From Akkermansiaceae bacterium (GTDB taxonomy: Bacteria > Verrucomicrobiota > Verrucomicrobiia > Verrucomicrobiales > Akkermansiaceae), in NCBI GenBank assembly GCA_015061985.1, contig SUVN01000003.1, positions 41,024-105,023 on the forward strand: DNA of 64,000 nucleotides. The letters run 5' to 3'. The translations under genes and the position numbers were made by a program. Position 1 is the stretch's first letter. Each line of letters opens with the position of its first letter. The notes below the pieces were generated by a model. It had not been told where the DNA came from, did not search any database, and worked only from the letters and a program-made list of their open reading frames with translations. Of this stretch, positions 37,359 through 47,706 are shown one piece after another.

Positions 37359-38951
37359 ATGCTTATCTGGCTTATTCTCGTACCTGTGATTGCCGCAGCC
37401 CTCATCGGCCTGCTCCGCACGCCGGGTCGCCTCACCGCGATAACGGCTGCAGCCATCATGCTTGTATTGGGCGTGGGAGCCATCATTGCTTCCCTCCTCT
37501 GCCCCGCTTGCAGTGCTGCCTGTCTCTCCACTTTCTGCGGAGAGCCCATCCAGTTCACTCTGGCTTTGCCGCTCAGCAAAATCATGGTGTTGCTGTCTGT
37601 GCTGGTGACCTTTGCCGCCGTTGTCGGCATGAAAGCCCCGAACAAGGATGCCGAGCGCAGCTGGGCCATCTCCGCGCTGCTGCTGTCTGCCGGTGCTCTG
37701 GGCGCCTTCATGTCCGACAACATCATCGCCTTCTACGGCTTCCATGAGCTCGCCCTCATCCCCACTTTCATCATGATTGGCTGCTATGGCCGCGGTGACC
37801 GCCGCACCATCGCCTGGACCGCCACGGTGTATCTGGGGCTGGCTTCCATGGTGCTGCTGGCGGGTCTGCTGCTGCTCTGCACGCAGATGCACGCCTGGAC
37901 CTTCACCGATCTGGCAACGTCTGTGGCATCCGGCATCATGCCCACCACACCCTGCCTGATTGCCGGCCTGCTGATAGTGGGTTTCGGCACGCTGGTGTCA
38001 CTCTTCCCCTTCCACACCTGGGCAGCCCCGGCCTACGCCAGCGCCCCCACCCCCATCAGCATGCTGCATGCGGGTGTGCTCAAGAAGTTCGGTCTGTACG
38101 GCCTCTTCACACTGGCGGCTGCATTCGGCCCGAAGTGCGGGGAGCTCTTCGGCAGCTGGAACAACCTGCTGCTGTTGCTGCTGCTGGGCAACATCCTGTG
38201 GGTGGGTTACGTGACCGTCTCCCAGACGCGTCTGGACGACATGCTCGGTAACTCCTCCGTCATGCACATGGGTTACATCTTCCTGGCCTTCGCCGCTTTC
38301 GTGGCAGCCAAGGGGGACAACATGCTGGCCTACTCCGGTGCTGCGGTGCTGATGCTGGCACACGGTCTGACCATTGCCATGCTCTTCCTGCTCACCGGGC
38401 AGATTGAGAGCCAGACCCGTACGCTGGAGCTCGACTCCATGGGCGGGCTTGCCCGCAAGCTGCCGCTGCTGGGCTTCCTGTTCGGGCTTGCCGGCATGGC
38501 CTCCATCGGTCTGCCGCTGCTGGCCAACTTCGCCGGTGAATACACCGTCTTCGTCTCCTGCTTCGAGAACTGGCAGCCTGGTGCAGCAGCCGCCACCGCC
38601 GGGTGTGATGTGCTCACCTGCTGCATCAACTGGCTGCAGGGGCTGCCCTGGGGCATCGGCTGCGTGTTCGCCTGGATTTTCGGCGGCATCACCTGCGCGC
38701 TCAACGCCATTGCCGCCCTCTTCGGCGGTCTGGGTGCCGTGCAGCTGACGCTGGTCTTCGCCCTGTGGGGGCTGGTCATCAGCGCCATTTACATGCTGCG
38801 CGCCTTCCGCAACATCTTCGAGAGCGAAGTCGGCCACACTTCCGAACGCGCCACAAAGCTGAGCGTCACGGACATCATCTCAGCCGGATTCCTGGCTGTC
38901 TTCATCGTGCTGTTCGGCATCGCCCCGCAGCTGCTCATGAACCTCATCTGA
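37359..38951 (+). CDS. nuoM: NADH-quinone oxidoreductase subunit M
   Basis: Antiporter-like subunit: FPFHTWAAPAYASAPTPISMLHAGVLKK. Its position lies between nuoL and nuoN. Confidence 0.9.
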   Translation: MLIWLILVPVIAAALIGLLRTPGRLTAITAAAIMLVLGVGAIIASLLCPACSAACLSTFCGEPIQFTLALPLSKIMVLLSVLVTFAAVVGMKAPNKDAERSWAISALLLSAGALGAFMSDNIIAFYGFHELALIPTFIMIGCYGRGDRRTIAWTATVYLGLASMVLLAGLLLLCTQMHAWTFTDLATSVASGIMPTTPCLIAGLLIVGFGTLVSLFPFHTWAAPAYASAPTPISMLHAGVLKKFGLYGLFTLAAAFGPKCGELFGSWNNLLLLLLLGNILWVGYVTVSQTRLDDMLGNSSVMHMGYIFLAFAAFVAAKGDNMLAYSGAAVLMLAHGLTIAMLFLLTGQIESQTRTLELDSMGGLARKLPLLGFLFGLAGMASIGLPLLANFAGEYTVFVSCFENWQPGAAAATAGCDVLTCCINWLQGLPWGIGCVFAWIFGGITCALNAIAALFGGLGAVQLTLVFALWGLVISAIYMLRAFRNIFESEVGHTSERATKLSVTDIISAGFLAVFIVLFGIAPQLLMNLI

Positions 38952-38970
38952 ACCATCACCCGATAACGAT

Positions 38971-40434
38971 ATGAACGACATTGCAACATACTGCTCGGCA
39001 ACCTACACCTGGGGTCAGTTCACGCCGGCCTTCATCCTCATCGGGATTGCTGCGGTTCTGCTCATGGCAGACACCTTCATCAAGGCTCTTCCCAAGCGCG
39101 CCTACGCCCTCACGGCGGCTATCGGTGCGCTGCTGGTAGCCTGTCTCACCGTCAACGGTGAGCACACCAATGCCTACAGCTTCCTGGCATGCCTTGCCAC
39201 GGGGCTGAGCATTCTGGTGGCCTTCGATTACACCAAGGTCAGCTGCGCCTCCATCGCAGGCGGCAGCAACGACGAGGGCACGGGCGAATTCTATGCCCTG
39301 CCGCTGGTGGCCTGTGCCGGCATCCTCTGCCTCACGCAGGCTGCCGACCTCATCATGGTCTTTGTGAGCCTGGAGGTGGTCACGCTGACCTCCTATGTGC
39401 TGGCCGGATACTTCCGCCGCAATCAGGGTTCCATCGAGGCCGGTATCAAGTACCTGGTGCTGGGTGCCATGAGCACGGGCATCCTCGTGTTCGGTGCGGC
39501 CTGGTACTTCGGCATGAGCGGCACCTTCATTCTGGACTCCGCCGTGGTGCTTGACACCCTGCGCGGCGGCAGCGTTGCCTCCGGCACGGTTGCCATCGGC
39601 TTCCTGATGGCCGTGGCTCTGCTCTTCCTCGGTGCGTTCTTCAAGGTCGGTGCAGCCCCCATGCACGTCTGGATTCCCGATGTGTACCAGGGTGCTCCCA
39701 CCCCCACCACCACCTTCCTGGCCGTTGCCTCCAAGACCGCCGGCTTTGCCCTGCTCTGCGCGCTGGTAGTACCTTTCCGTGATCTGGCTATCCCGGGAGT
39801 ACCCGTGGCAGATATGCTGGTATGCGTCTTCGGCATCGTGGCAGCTGCCACCCTGCTGATTGGTAACCTCGGTGCCCTTTTCCAGAGCAACGCCAAGCGA
39901 CTGCTGGGTTACTCCTCCATCGGTCAGGCCGGTTTCATTCTGGTGTTCTTCGTGAACCTCAGCGGCCCGGTGGAAGCTCTCACCTTCCAGTACCTGACGG
40001 CCTACACGCTGGCCACCGTGGCGGCCTTCTTTGCCATCGCCATGGTACGCACCCAGCGCGAGAGTGAGGAAATCTCTGCCTTCCGCGGACTGGGCAAGAC
40101 CAACCCTCGCACGGCTTTCCTCATCGTCGTCAGCTTCGCCTCTCTGGCCGGTGTTCCGCTGACCATGGGCTTCATGGTGAAGATGGCCTCGTTCATCTCT
40201 CTGGTGGCCGCCATGCAGTCGTGGAGCTGCCTGATATGGCTGCTGCCCGTCATGGTGATTACAGCAGCGGCCGGCTTCTACTATTACTTCAAGATTATCC
40301 GCGCCATGTACTGGGAGAAACCCCAGGCAGAGGATAAGCCGCTCTGCGTGCCCTTCTGCACGGCCTGTGTGATGACCGCCTGCGCCATTGCCCTCATTGT
40401 GCTGGGCACCTGGCCGCTCATCACTGCGTTCTGA
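38971..40434 (+). CDS. nuoN: NADH-quinone oxidoreductase subunit N
   Basis: Antiporter-like subunit: GAAPMHVWIPDVYQGAPTPTTTFLAVASK and LLGYSSIGQAGF. Last gene before a strong terminator. Confidence 0.9.
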   Translation: MNDIATYCSATYTWGQFTPAFILIGIAAVLLMADTFIKALPKRAYALTAAIGALLVACLTVNGEHTNAYSFLACLATGLSILVAFDYTKVSCASIAGGSNDEGTGEFYALPLVACAGILCLTQAADLIMVFVSLEVVTLTSYVLAGYFRRNQGSIEAGIKYLVLGAMSTGILVFGAAWYFGMSGTFILDSAVVLDTLRGGSVASGTVAIGFLMAVALLFLGAFFKVGAAPMHVWIPDVYQGAPTPTTTFLAVASKTAGFALLCALVVPFRDLAIPGVPVADMLVCVFGIVAAATLLIGNLGALFQSNAKRLLGYSSIGQAGFILVFFVNLSGPVEALTFQYLTAYTLATVAAFFAIAMVRTQRESEEISAFRGLGKTNPRTAFLIVVSFASLAGVPLTMGFMVKMASFISLVAAMQSWSCLIWLLPVMVITAAAGFYYYFKIIRAMYWEKPQAEDKPLCVPFCTACVMTACAIALIVLGTWPLITAF

Positions 40435-40464
40435 TAAGAGGAAGAACCTGTACCGCTCTCTGCT

Positions 40465-40498
40465 CCCCGCCGTATACCGAATACGGCGGGGATTTTTT
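40465..40498 (+). terminator. Rho-independent terminator of the nuo operon
   Basis: An 11-bp stem, ccccgccgtat (40465-40475) / atacggcgggg (40481-40491), with a 5-nt loop, followed by ATTTTTT. Confidence 0.9.
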
Positions 40499-40532
40499 CT
40501 AACGCCCCCCCGACCGGAGCGTCGCATACCTT

Positions 40533-40994
40533 ATGCGCAAATTACTTCTCCTCATCGGCATTTCATTGCTTACGGCCTTTATCGGCACCTGCATGGCCGA
40601 ATGGCTCACGTTCGATGCCTACGCCGCAGAAGTGGCAAGCCGCGGCATCACCCATGCCGAATTTGTGGAAAAACCCACGTTCCTTGAGCAGGCTCTTGTT
40701 TCCCTGCCCTGGGGACTGGCGCTCGCCATGTTGGCTCAATGGCTGCTCTTCACCCCGCAGAAGCGGCTCCTGCGCAACCTGAGCCGCTGGCTGGCACTCA
40801 TCAGCCCGCTCATGGCTCTGGAGGGCTTATTTCTGCACGAGGACATCCTGCGCTCCCTGCTGCACATGGATGGACCGTTTAATTTCTCCCATGCCCTTTT
40901 CTGCGGCATTACCCTGACCGCCCCCCTTGCTCTGGGCATCCTGATTCCCTTTATTCTGTTCTCCTTTTTACCGACTTCCGCTCATCGGCCTTAA
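40533..40994 (+). CDS. Small integral membrane hypothetical protein
   Basis: 153-aa ORF with ~4 hydrophobic segments. It starts after the nuo terminator, so it is a separate transcription unit. Confidence 0.5.
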   Translation: MRKLLLLIGISLLTAFIGTCMAEWLTFDAYAAEVASRGITHAEFVEKPTFLEQALVSLPWGLALAMLAQWLLFTPQKRLLRNLSRWLALISPLMALEGLFLHEDILRSLLHMDGPFNFSHALFCGITLTAPLALGILIPFILFSFLPTSAHRP

Positions 40995-41260
40995 ACTCAG
41001 TGCATCCACCGCTGTCAGCGCCGTCAGCATCCAGCTACTACGCAGAAACGCACCCTCTACCTTTCCTATTGAATTCCACATGCTGATATTCTAAATCACT
41101 GCATTTGCAATAACAAGCCAAACCTCTTATACGACTCCATTGTCGGCCATCCCTTTCTCTTTTATAGAAAAATATAAGGTAATATAGCACAATATAAGGA
41201 TTTTTCATTATATACCATTATATTTTCCTTAATTTACACAATACTTCGCTCTCAGAGCAC

Positions 41261-41295
41261 GAAAAAGAGCTGCCGAACCTTGCGGAACGGCAGCC
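41261..41295 (-). terminator. Rho-independent terminator of guaB
   Basis: Stem gctgccg (41269-41275) / cggcagc (41288-41294). The minus strand continues TCTTTTTC (plus-strand gaaaaaga at 41261-41268). Confidence 0.65.
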
Positions 41296-41322
41296 CGAGC
41301 GGAAAAAAGTATTGCCGGAGGA

Positions 41323-42777
41323 TTAGCGGGTGTAGTTACCCGGGTCCTGCGTGATGGTGACATCGTGCGGGTGGCTTTCCTGAAGACCACCGGCAGTAAT
41401 GCGAACGAAGCGGGCGTGCTCGCGGAGCTCCTGAAGGCTCTTGGCACCCAGATAGCCCATACCGGAGCGCAGGCCGCCCACCAGCTGGAAGATAACGTCT
41501 GCCAGCATACCCTTGTAGGGCACACGGGCTTCCACGCCCTCAGCCACGAGCTTACCGCTGCCGTTCTGACCGTAGCGGTCGCCGGAGCCGGCACGCATGG
41601 CGCCCAGAGAGCCCATGCCGCGGTAGGTCTTGAAGTTACGACCCTGATAGTGCACGACCGCACCGGGGCTTTCCTCACAACCGGCCAGCATACCGCCCAT
41701 CATGATGAGGTCGGCACCGGCAGCAAGAGCCTTCACCGCATCACCGGAGTAGCGGATACCGCCGTCGGCAATCACGGTGACACCGGCCGGACGAGCCACC
41801 TTGGCCACCTCCTGAATGGCGGAGAACTGGGGCATGCCCACACCGGAAATGATACGGGTGGTGCAGATGGAGCCGGGCCCCACACCCACCTTGATGGCGC
41901 TGGCACCGGCAGAAATGAGGTCACGGGCACCGTCCTGAGTCACCACATTACCGGCAACGACAGGTTTGCCCAGCTCGCGGAGCTTCTCAATCACATGCAG
42001 CACGCGGCTCGTGTGACCGGTGGCGGCATCGATGAACAGAGCATCGGCACCGGCATCCACCACGGCCTGAGCGCGAGCCATGAACTCCGGACCGGGGCCC
42101 ACGGCAGCACCGCAGCGCAGACGACCCATATCATCCTTCGTGGATTCCTGGAAAGCCTCGCGCTTGCGGATATCCGTATCGGTAATCAGGCCGACCAAGC
42201 ATCCGTCTTCATCGATGAGCGGCAGCTTCTCGATGCGGTTGGAATAAAGAATCTTGCGGGCTTCCTCCTGCGTGGTGGCGCGAGTGCCGGTGATGAGACG
42301 GCTCATGGGAGTCATCACATCTGCCACCGTCAGTTTATCCAGGTCATGCCCGTCCACCACACGCATATCGCGGCCGGTGATGATACCCACCAGCAGGTTC
42401 CCCTCCGCCACCACGGGCAGGCCGGAGAAACCATGGTCAAGCATGATACCCTTCACGCGGCTGAGACTCATATCGCTCGTCACGGTGAGGGGCTTCGTGA
42501 TGACGGCGTTTTCAAAACGCTTCACCTTGGCCACCATGGCGGCCTGGTCATCAATGCGGTTGTTACGGTGAATGACGCCAAGGCCGCCTTCACGTGCCAT
42601 GGCAATGGCCATGTCCACCTCCGTCACCGTATCCATAGGGGCGGAAAGGATGGGCAGGCGAAGAGGAAAACCCTCACAAAGCTGAGAACAGGGATCGGCC
42701 TCGCCGGGAAGAATCGTGCTCAGGCAAGGAAGCAGGAGCACGTCGTCAAATGTAAGTCCAAGCTGAATTTCTGCCAT
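41323..42777 (-). CDS. guaB: Inosine-5'-monophosphate dehydrogenase
   Basis: Start taken at [17 protein letters not shown] (ATG 42777). A CBS pair is present. Catalytic loop [21 protein letters not shown], and [10 protein letters not shown]. Confidence 0.95.
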   Translation of the reverse strand: MAEIQLGLTFDDVLLLPCLSTILPGEADPCSQLCEGFPLRLPILSAPMDTVTEVDMAIAMAREGGLGVIHRNNRIDDQAAMVAKVKRFENAVITKPLTVTSDMSLSRVKGIMLDHGFSGLPVVAEGNLLVGIITGRDMRVVDGHDLDKLTVADVMTPMSRLITGTRATTQEEARKILYSNRIEKLPLIDEDGCLVGLITDTDIRKREAFQESTKDDMGRLRCGAAVGPGPEFMARAQAVVDAGADALFIDAATGHTSRVLHVIEKLRELGKPVVAGNVVTQDGARDLISAGASAIKVGVGPGSICTTRIISGVGMPQFSAIQEVAKVARPAGVTVIADGGIRYSGDAVKALAAGADLIMMGGMLAGCEESPGAVVHYQGRNFKTYRGMGSLGAMRAGSGDRYGQNGSGKLVAEGVEARVPYKGMLADVIFQLVGGLRSGMGYLGAKSLQELREHARFVRITAGGLQESHPHDVTITQDPGNYTR

Positions 42778-42820
42778 AGCGGAGACTACTACGCCGCCGC
42801 CCATTTTGCAAGCCTAATCT

Positions 42821-42843
42821 GCACAAATCGCCTGTTTTTTTGC
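42821..42843 (+). repeat. Left copy of a 23-nt direct repeat flanking the ATPase gene
   Basis: gcacaaatcgcctgtttttttgc recurs at 44155-44178, with one extra T, in the same orientation. Confidence 0.85.
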
Positions 42844-42921
42844 TGCACCCTCCGAATCTATATACAAATATATACCTCATTGCATATATTTTCAAATAAT
42901 CAAGGTATTCCCACCGGAATA

Positions 42922-44091
42922 TCAGAACGGTTCTCGGCGGCGCAGGAAGTCACCAAAGAGGGGTACGCTGAAGGTTAAATAGCCATGACGCATACTGTAA
43001 ATCATACCTTTACGAATCAAATTTGCGCGCATGAGCGTAATGGAGGTGGGGCGCACTCCCAACACGCGAGCAATGTCCGCACTGCGGCACTCATCAGCAC
43101 CCAGTTCGGCCATAGCACGCACAAAGCGTTTTTCTCCATCTGTCAGGCGATCATATCTCACCCGAAAAAATTCCCGGTCCAGATTTGCAACAACCAGAGG
43201 TTCTGCGCGGCGGGCATCCCGTAGCGTCAGTCGCGAGTCTACCGCCAGATTCCACACCTGCGCTCCCCATTCCTGCAGGAAGTAAGGATAACCGGCTGTT
43301 CTCTCATAGATAAACTGCACCGCTTCCTGTTCAATCTCTGCACCTTCATTGAACACCGGGCTCTCCAGCGCCTGAAAGCTGTCTTCCCTGCTGAGACGGT
43401 CAATCACCGGATACGAAAACAGGCGCTCAGCATACGACTTCGCCTCCCCGGCCAAGCGCGGCAGTGTCGGTAATCCGGCGGCAATCAACACCAGGGGAGC
43501 AAGTTTCTGTTGCAGCTGATGCATGGCATAAATCAACGCATGCAACTCCTCCTCCTCCAGCAACTGAATCTCATCAATCAGCAGCGCTATACCGGTTCCC
43601 CGAGCCGCTGCAGCCTCCGCAGCAGCCAGAAAAAGAGCAGGCATGTCCATGCCCAAATCCCCGGAATCCGCCAGCCCGGGTATCGTTTCCACCCCAATGC
43701 CTATATCCCCGATATTCACGCGTATGGAGCGGATGAAATTGCGTAACGCAGAAAGAGCCCGCCGCACGGCAGCATGCGTCCCTGCCAGTGCGTCCAACTC
43801 ATACAGCAACTGCCGCAGGGGCAAGGCCAGAGAATCTGCCAGCGTCCGGCTTTCGCGTATTTCCAGTTTGATAACCTGATACCCCTCTTTTTTTGCCATC
43901 TGCTCTATCCGATTCAGCAGCACCGTCTTCCCCACGCCTCTCAACCCGGTCATCAGCATACTTTGAGCCGCACGCCCCCGCAAGCTCCGAGCCAACAGTA
44001 CACGAGCCTGCTCCAGCACATCATTTCGACCGACCAACGCCGGCGGCGGACACCCGGCGCCGGGCGAAAAGGGATTCATAATCGGGTCCAT
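42922..44091 (-). CDS. Orphan AAA/STAND-like ATPase with C-terminal winged-helix-like domain
   Basis: Walker [14 protein letters not shown] and Walker [11 protein letters not shown]. The C-terminus [43 protein letters not shown] looks like a wHTH. An alternative start exists at 44079 (MNPFSPG). Confidence 0.7.
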   Translation of the reverse strand: MDPIMNPFSPGAGCPPPALVGRNDVLEQARVLLARSLRGRAAQSMLMTGLRGVGKTVLLNRIEQMAKKEGYQVIKLEIRESRTLADSLALPLRQLLYELDALAGTHAAVRRALSALRNFIRSIRVNIGDIGIGVETIPGLADSGDLGMDMPALFLAAAEAAAARGTGIALLIDEIQLLEEEELHALIYAMHQLQQKLAPLVLIAAGLPTLPRLAGEAKSYAERLFSYPVIDRLSREDSFQALESPVFNEGAEIEQEAVQFIYERTAGYPYFLQEWGAQVWNLAVDSRLTLRDARRAEPLVVANLDREFFRVRYDRLTDGEKRFVRAMAELGADECRSADIARVLGVRPTSITLMRANLIRKGMIYSMRHGYLTFSVPLFGDFLRRREPF

Positions 44092-44098
44092 GCACCCA

Positions 44099-44144
44099 TT
44101 CTATTTTGAAATATATACAATGTCAAATATATTTCAAAATAGAA
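44099..44144. promoter_or_regulatory. Perfect 18-bp inverted repeat (10-nt spacer) at the 5' end of the ATPase gene; candidate operator
   Basis: ttctattttgaaatatat (44099-44116) is the exact reverse complement of atatatttcaaaatagaa (44127-44144). It lies immediately upstream of the ATPase start. Confidence 0.6.
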
Positions 44145-44154
44145 CCTCCGATTG

Positions 44155-44178
44155 GCACAAATCGCCTGTTTTTTTTGC
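44155..44178 (+). repeat. Right copy of the direct repeat flanking the ATPase gene
   Basis: gcacaaatcgcctgttttttttgc; compare 42821-42843. Confidence 0.85.
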
Positions 44179-44284
44179 ATCCACCGCGCTATCAGCTCTT
44201 TTTAGCTTGCTTTTACGCGTGCAGGGTGTATACTCCGCGCGTATTTTAATCAAGTTTCGTCAAATAACAACGCTACGGCATACC

Positions 44285-47002
<2,718 letters not shown>

Positions 47003-47011
47003 TATCGCGCC

Positions 47012-47518
47012 ATGAAAAGCATCGACATCAACACGCTGGACATCTCTGCCCCGAAACTCATCGGAAAGCAGTGGATGCTCATCACTGCCGGAACGCCGGA
47101 CAACTTCAACACCATGACAGCCAGCTGGGGTGGCATCGGCTTCCTCTGGAACCGCCCGGTGGCCTACGTCTTCGTGCGCACCAACCGCCACACCGCCGGA
47201 TTCATGAACGAGCAGAAGAAATTCACCCTTTCGTTCATGCCGGAGAGCTACCGACAGGATTTAATCTACTGCGGTCGCAACTCCGGGCGGGACGTGGACA
47301 AGATGGCCAACACCTCGCTCAAACCCATGACCACCGCCGCCGGCAACGTGGCCTTTGAGGACGCAGAGCTGGTGCTGGAATGCCGCACCATGTTCCAAAC
47401 CACGCTGAAGGAAGCAGACTTCCTTGATTTCTCTGAAGTCGCGCCCCAGTGGTACGATGAGAACAACCCCATGCACGTCCTCTACATCGCAGAGATTACC
47501 GATACACTCGTGCCATAA
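47012..47518 (+). CDS. Flavin reductase-like (FMN-binding split-barrel) protein
   Basis: 168 aa. NTMTASWGGIGFLWNRPVAYVFVR fits the flavin-reductase/flavoredoxin domain pattern. Confidence 0.65.
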   Translation: MKSIDINTLDISAPKLIGKQWMLITAGTPDNFNTMTASWGGIGFLWNRPVAYVFVRTNRHTAGFMNEQKKFTLSFMPESYRQDLIYCGRNSGRDVDKMANTSLKPMTTAAGNVAFEDAELVLECRTMFQTTLKEADFLDFSEVAPQWYDENNPMHVLYIAEITDTLVP

Positions 47519-47547
47519 TTCTTTCAGAATATCACGACGAACAATAA

Positions 47548-47617
47548 GGGAGGGGCATTCACAAATACCCCTCCCTTTCTTTTTGGTGGGGAGAGCTCTG
47601 TTCTCCCCACCAAAAAA
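47548..47617. terminator. Two tandem hairpins between convergent genes
   Basis: Hairpin 1: gggagggg (47548-47555) / cccctccc (47568-47575), followed by TTTCTTTTTT, which is canonical for the plus strand. Hairpin 2: ggtggggaga (47585-47594) / tctccccacc (47602-47611), followed by AAAAAA; its role for the minus-strand GH84 gene is less canonical. Confidence 0.65.
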
Positions 47618-47706
47618 CGTGAATTGATTACCCGGCGACTTCACCGGCTCGTTCCCGCCCGCACAACGACAGTCGGAGGGCAGGCAGGAACAAGCATATG
47701 GGCGAC

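Noticed and set aside
41100-41260. An AT-rich stretch downstream of the 153-aa gene and guaB, with a repeated aatataagg string.
   Set aside because: There are only two short direct copies and no palindromic or longer repeat structure. This is a likely low-complexity convergent intergenic region.
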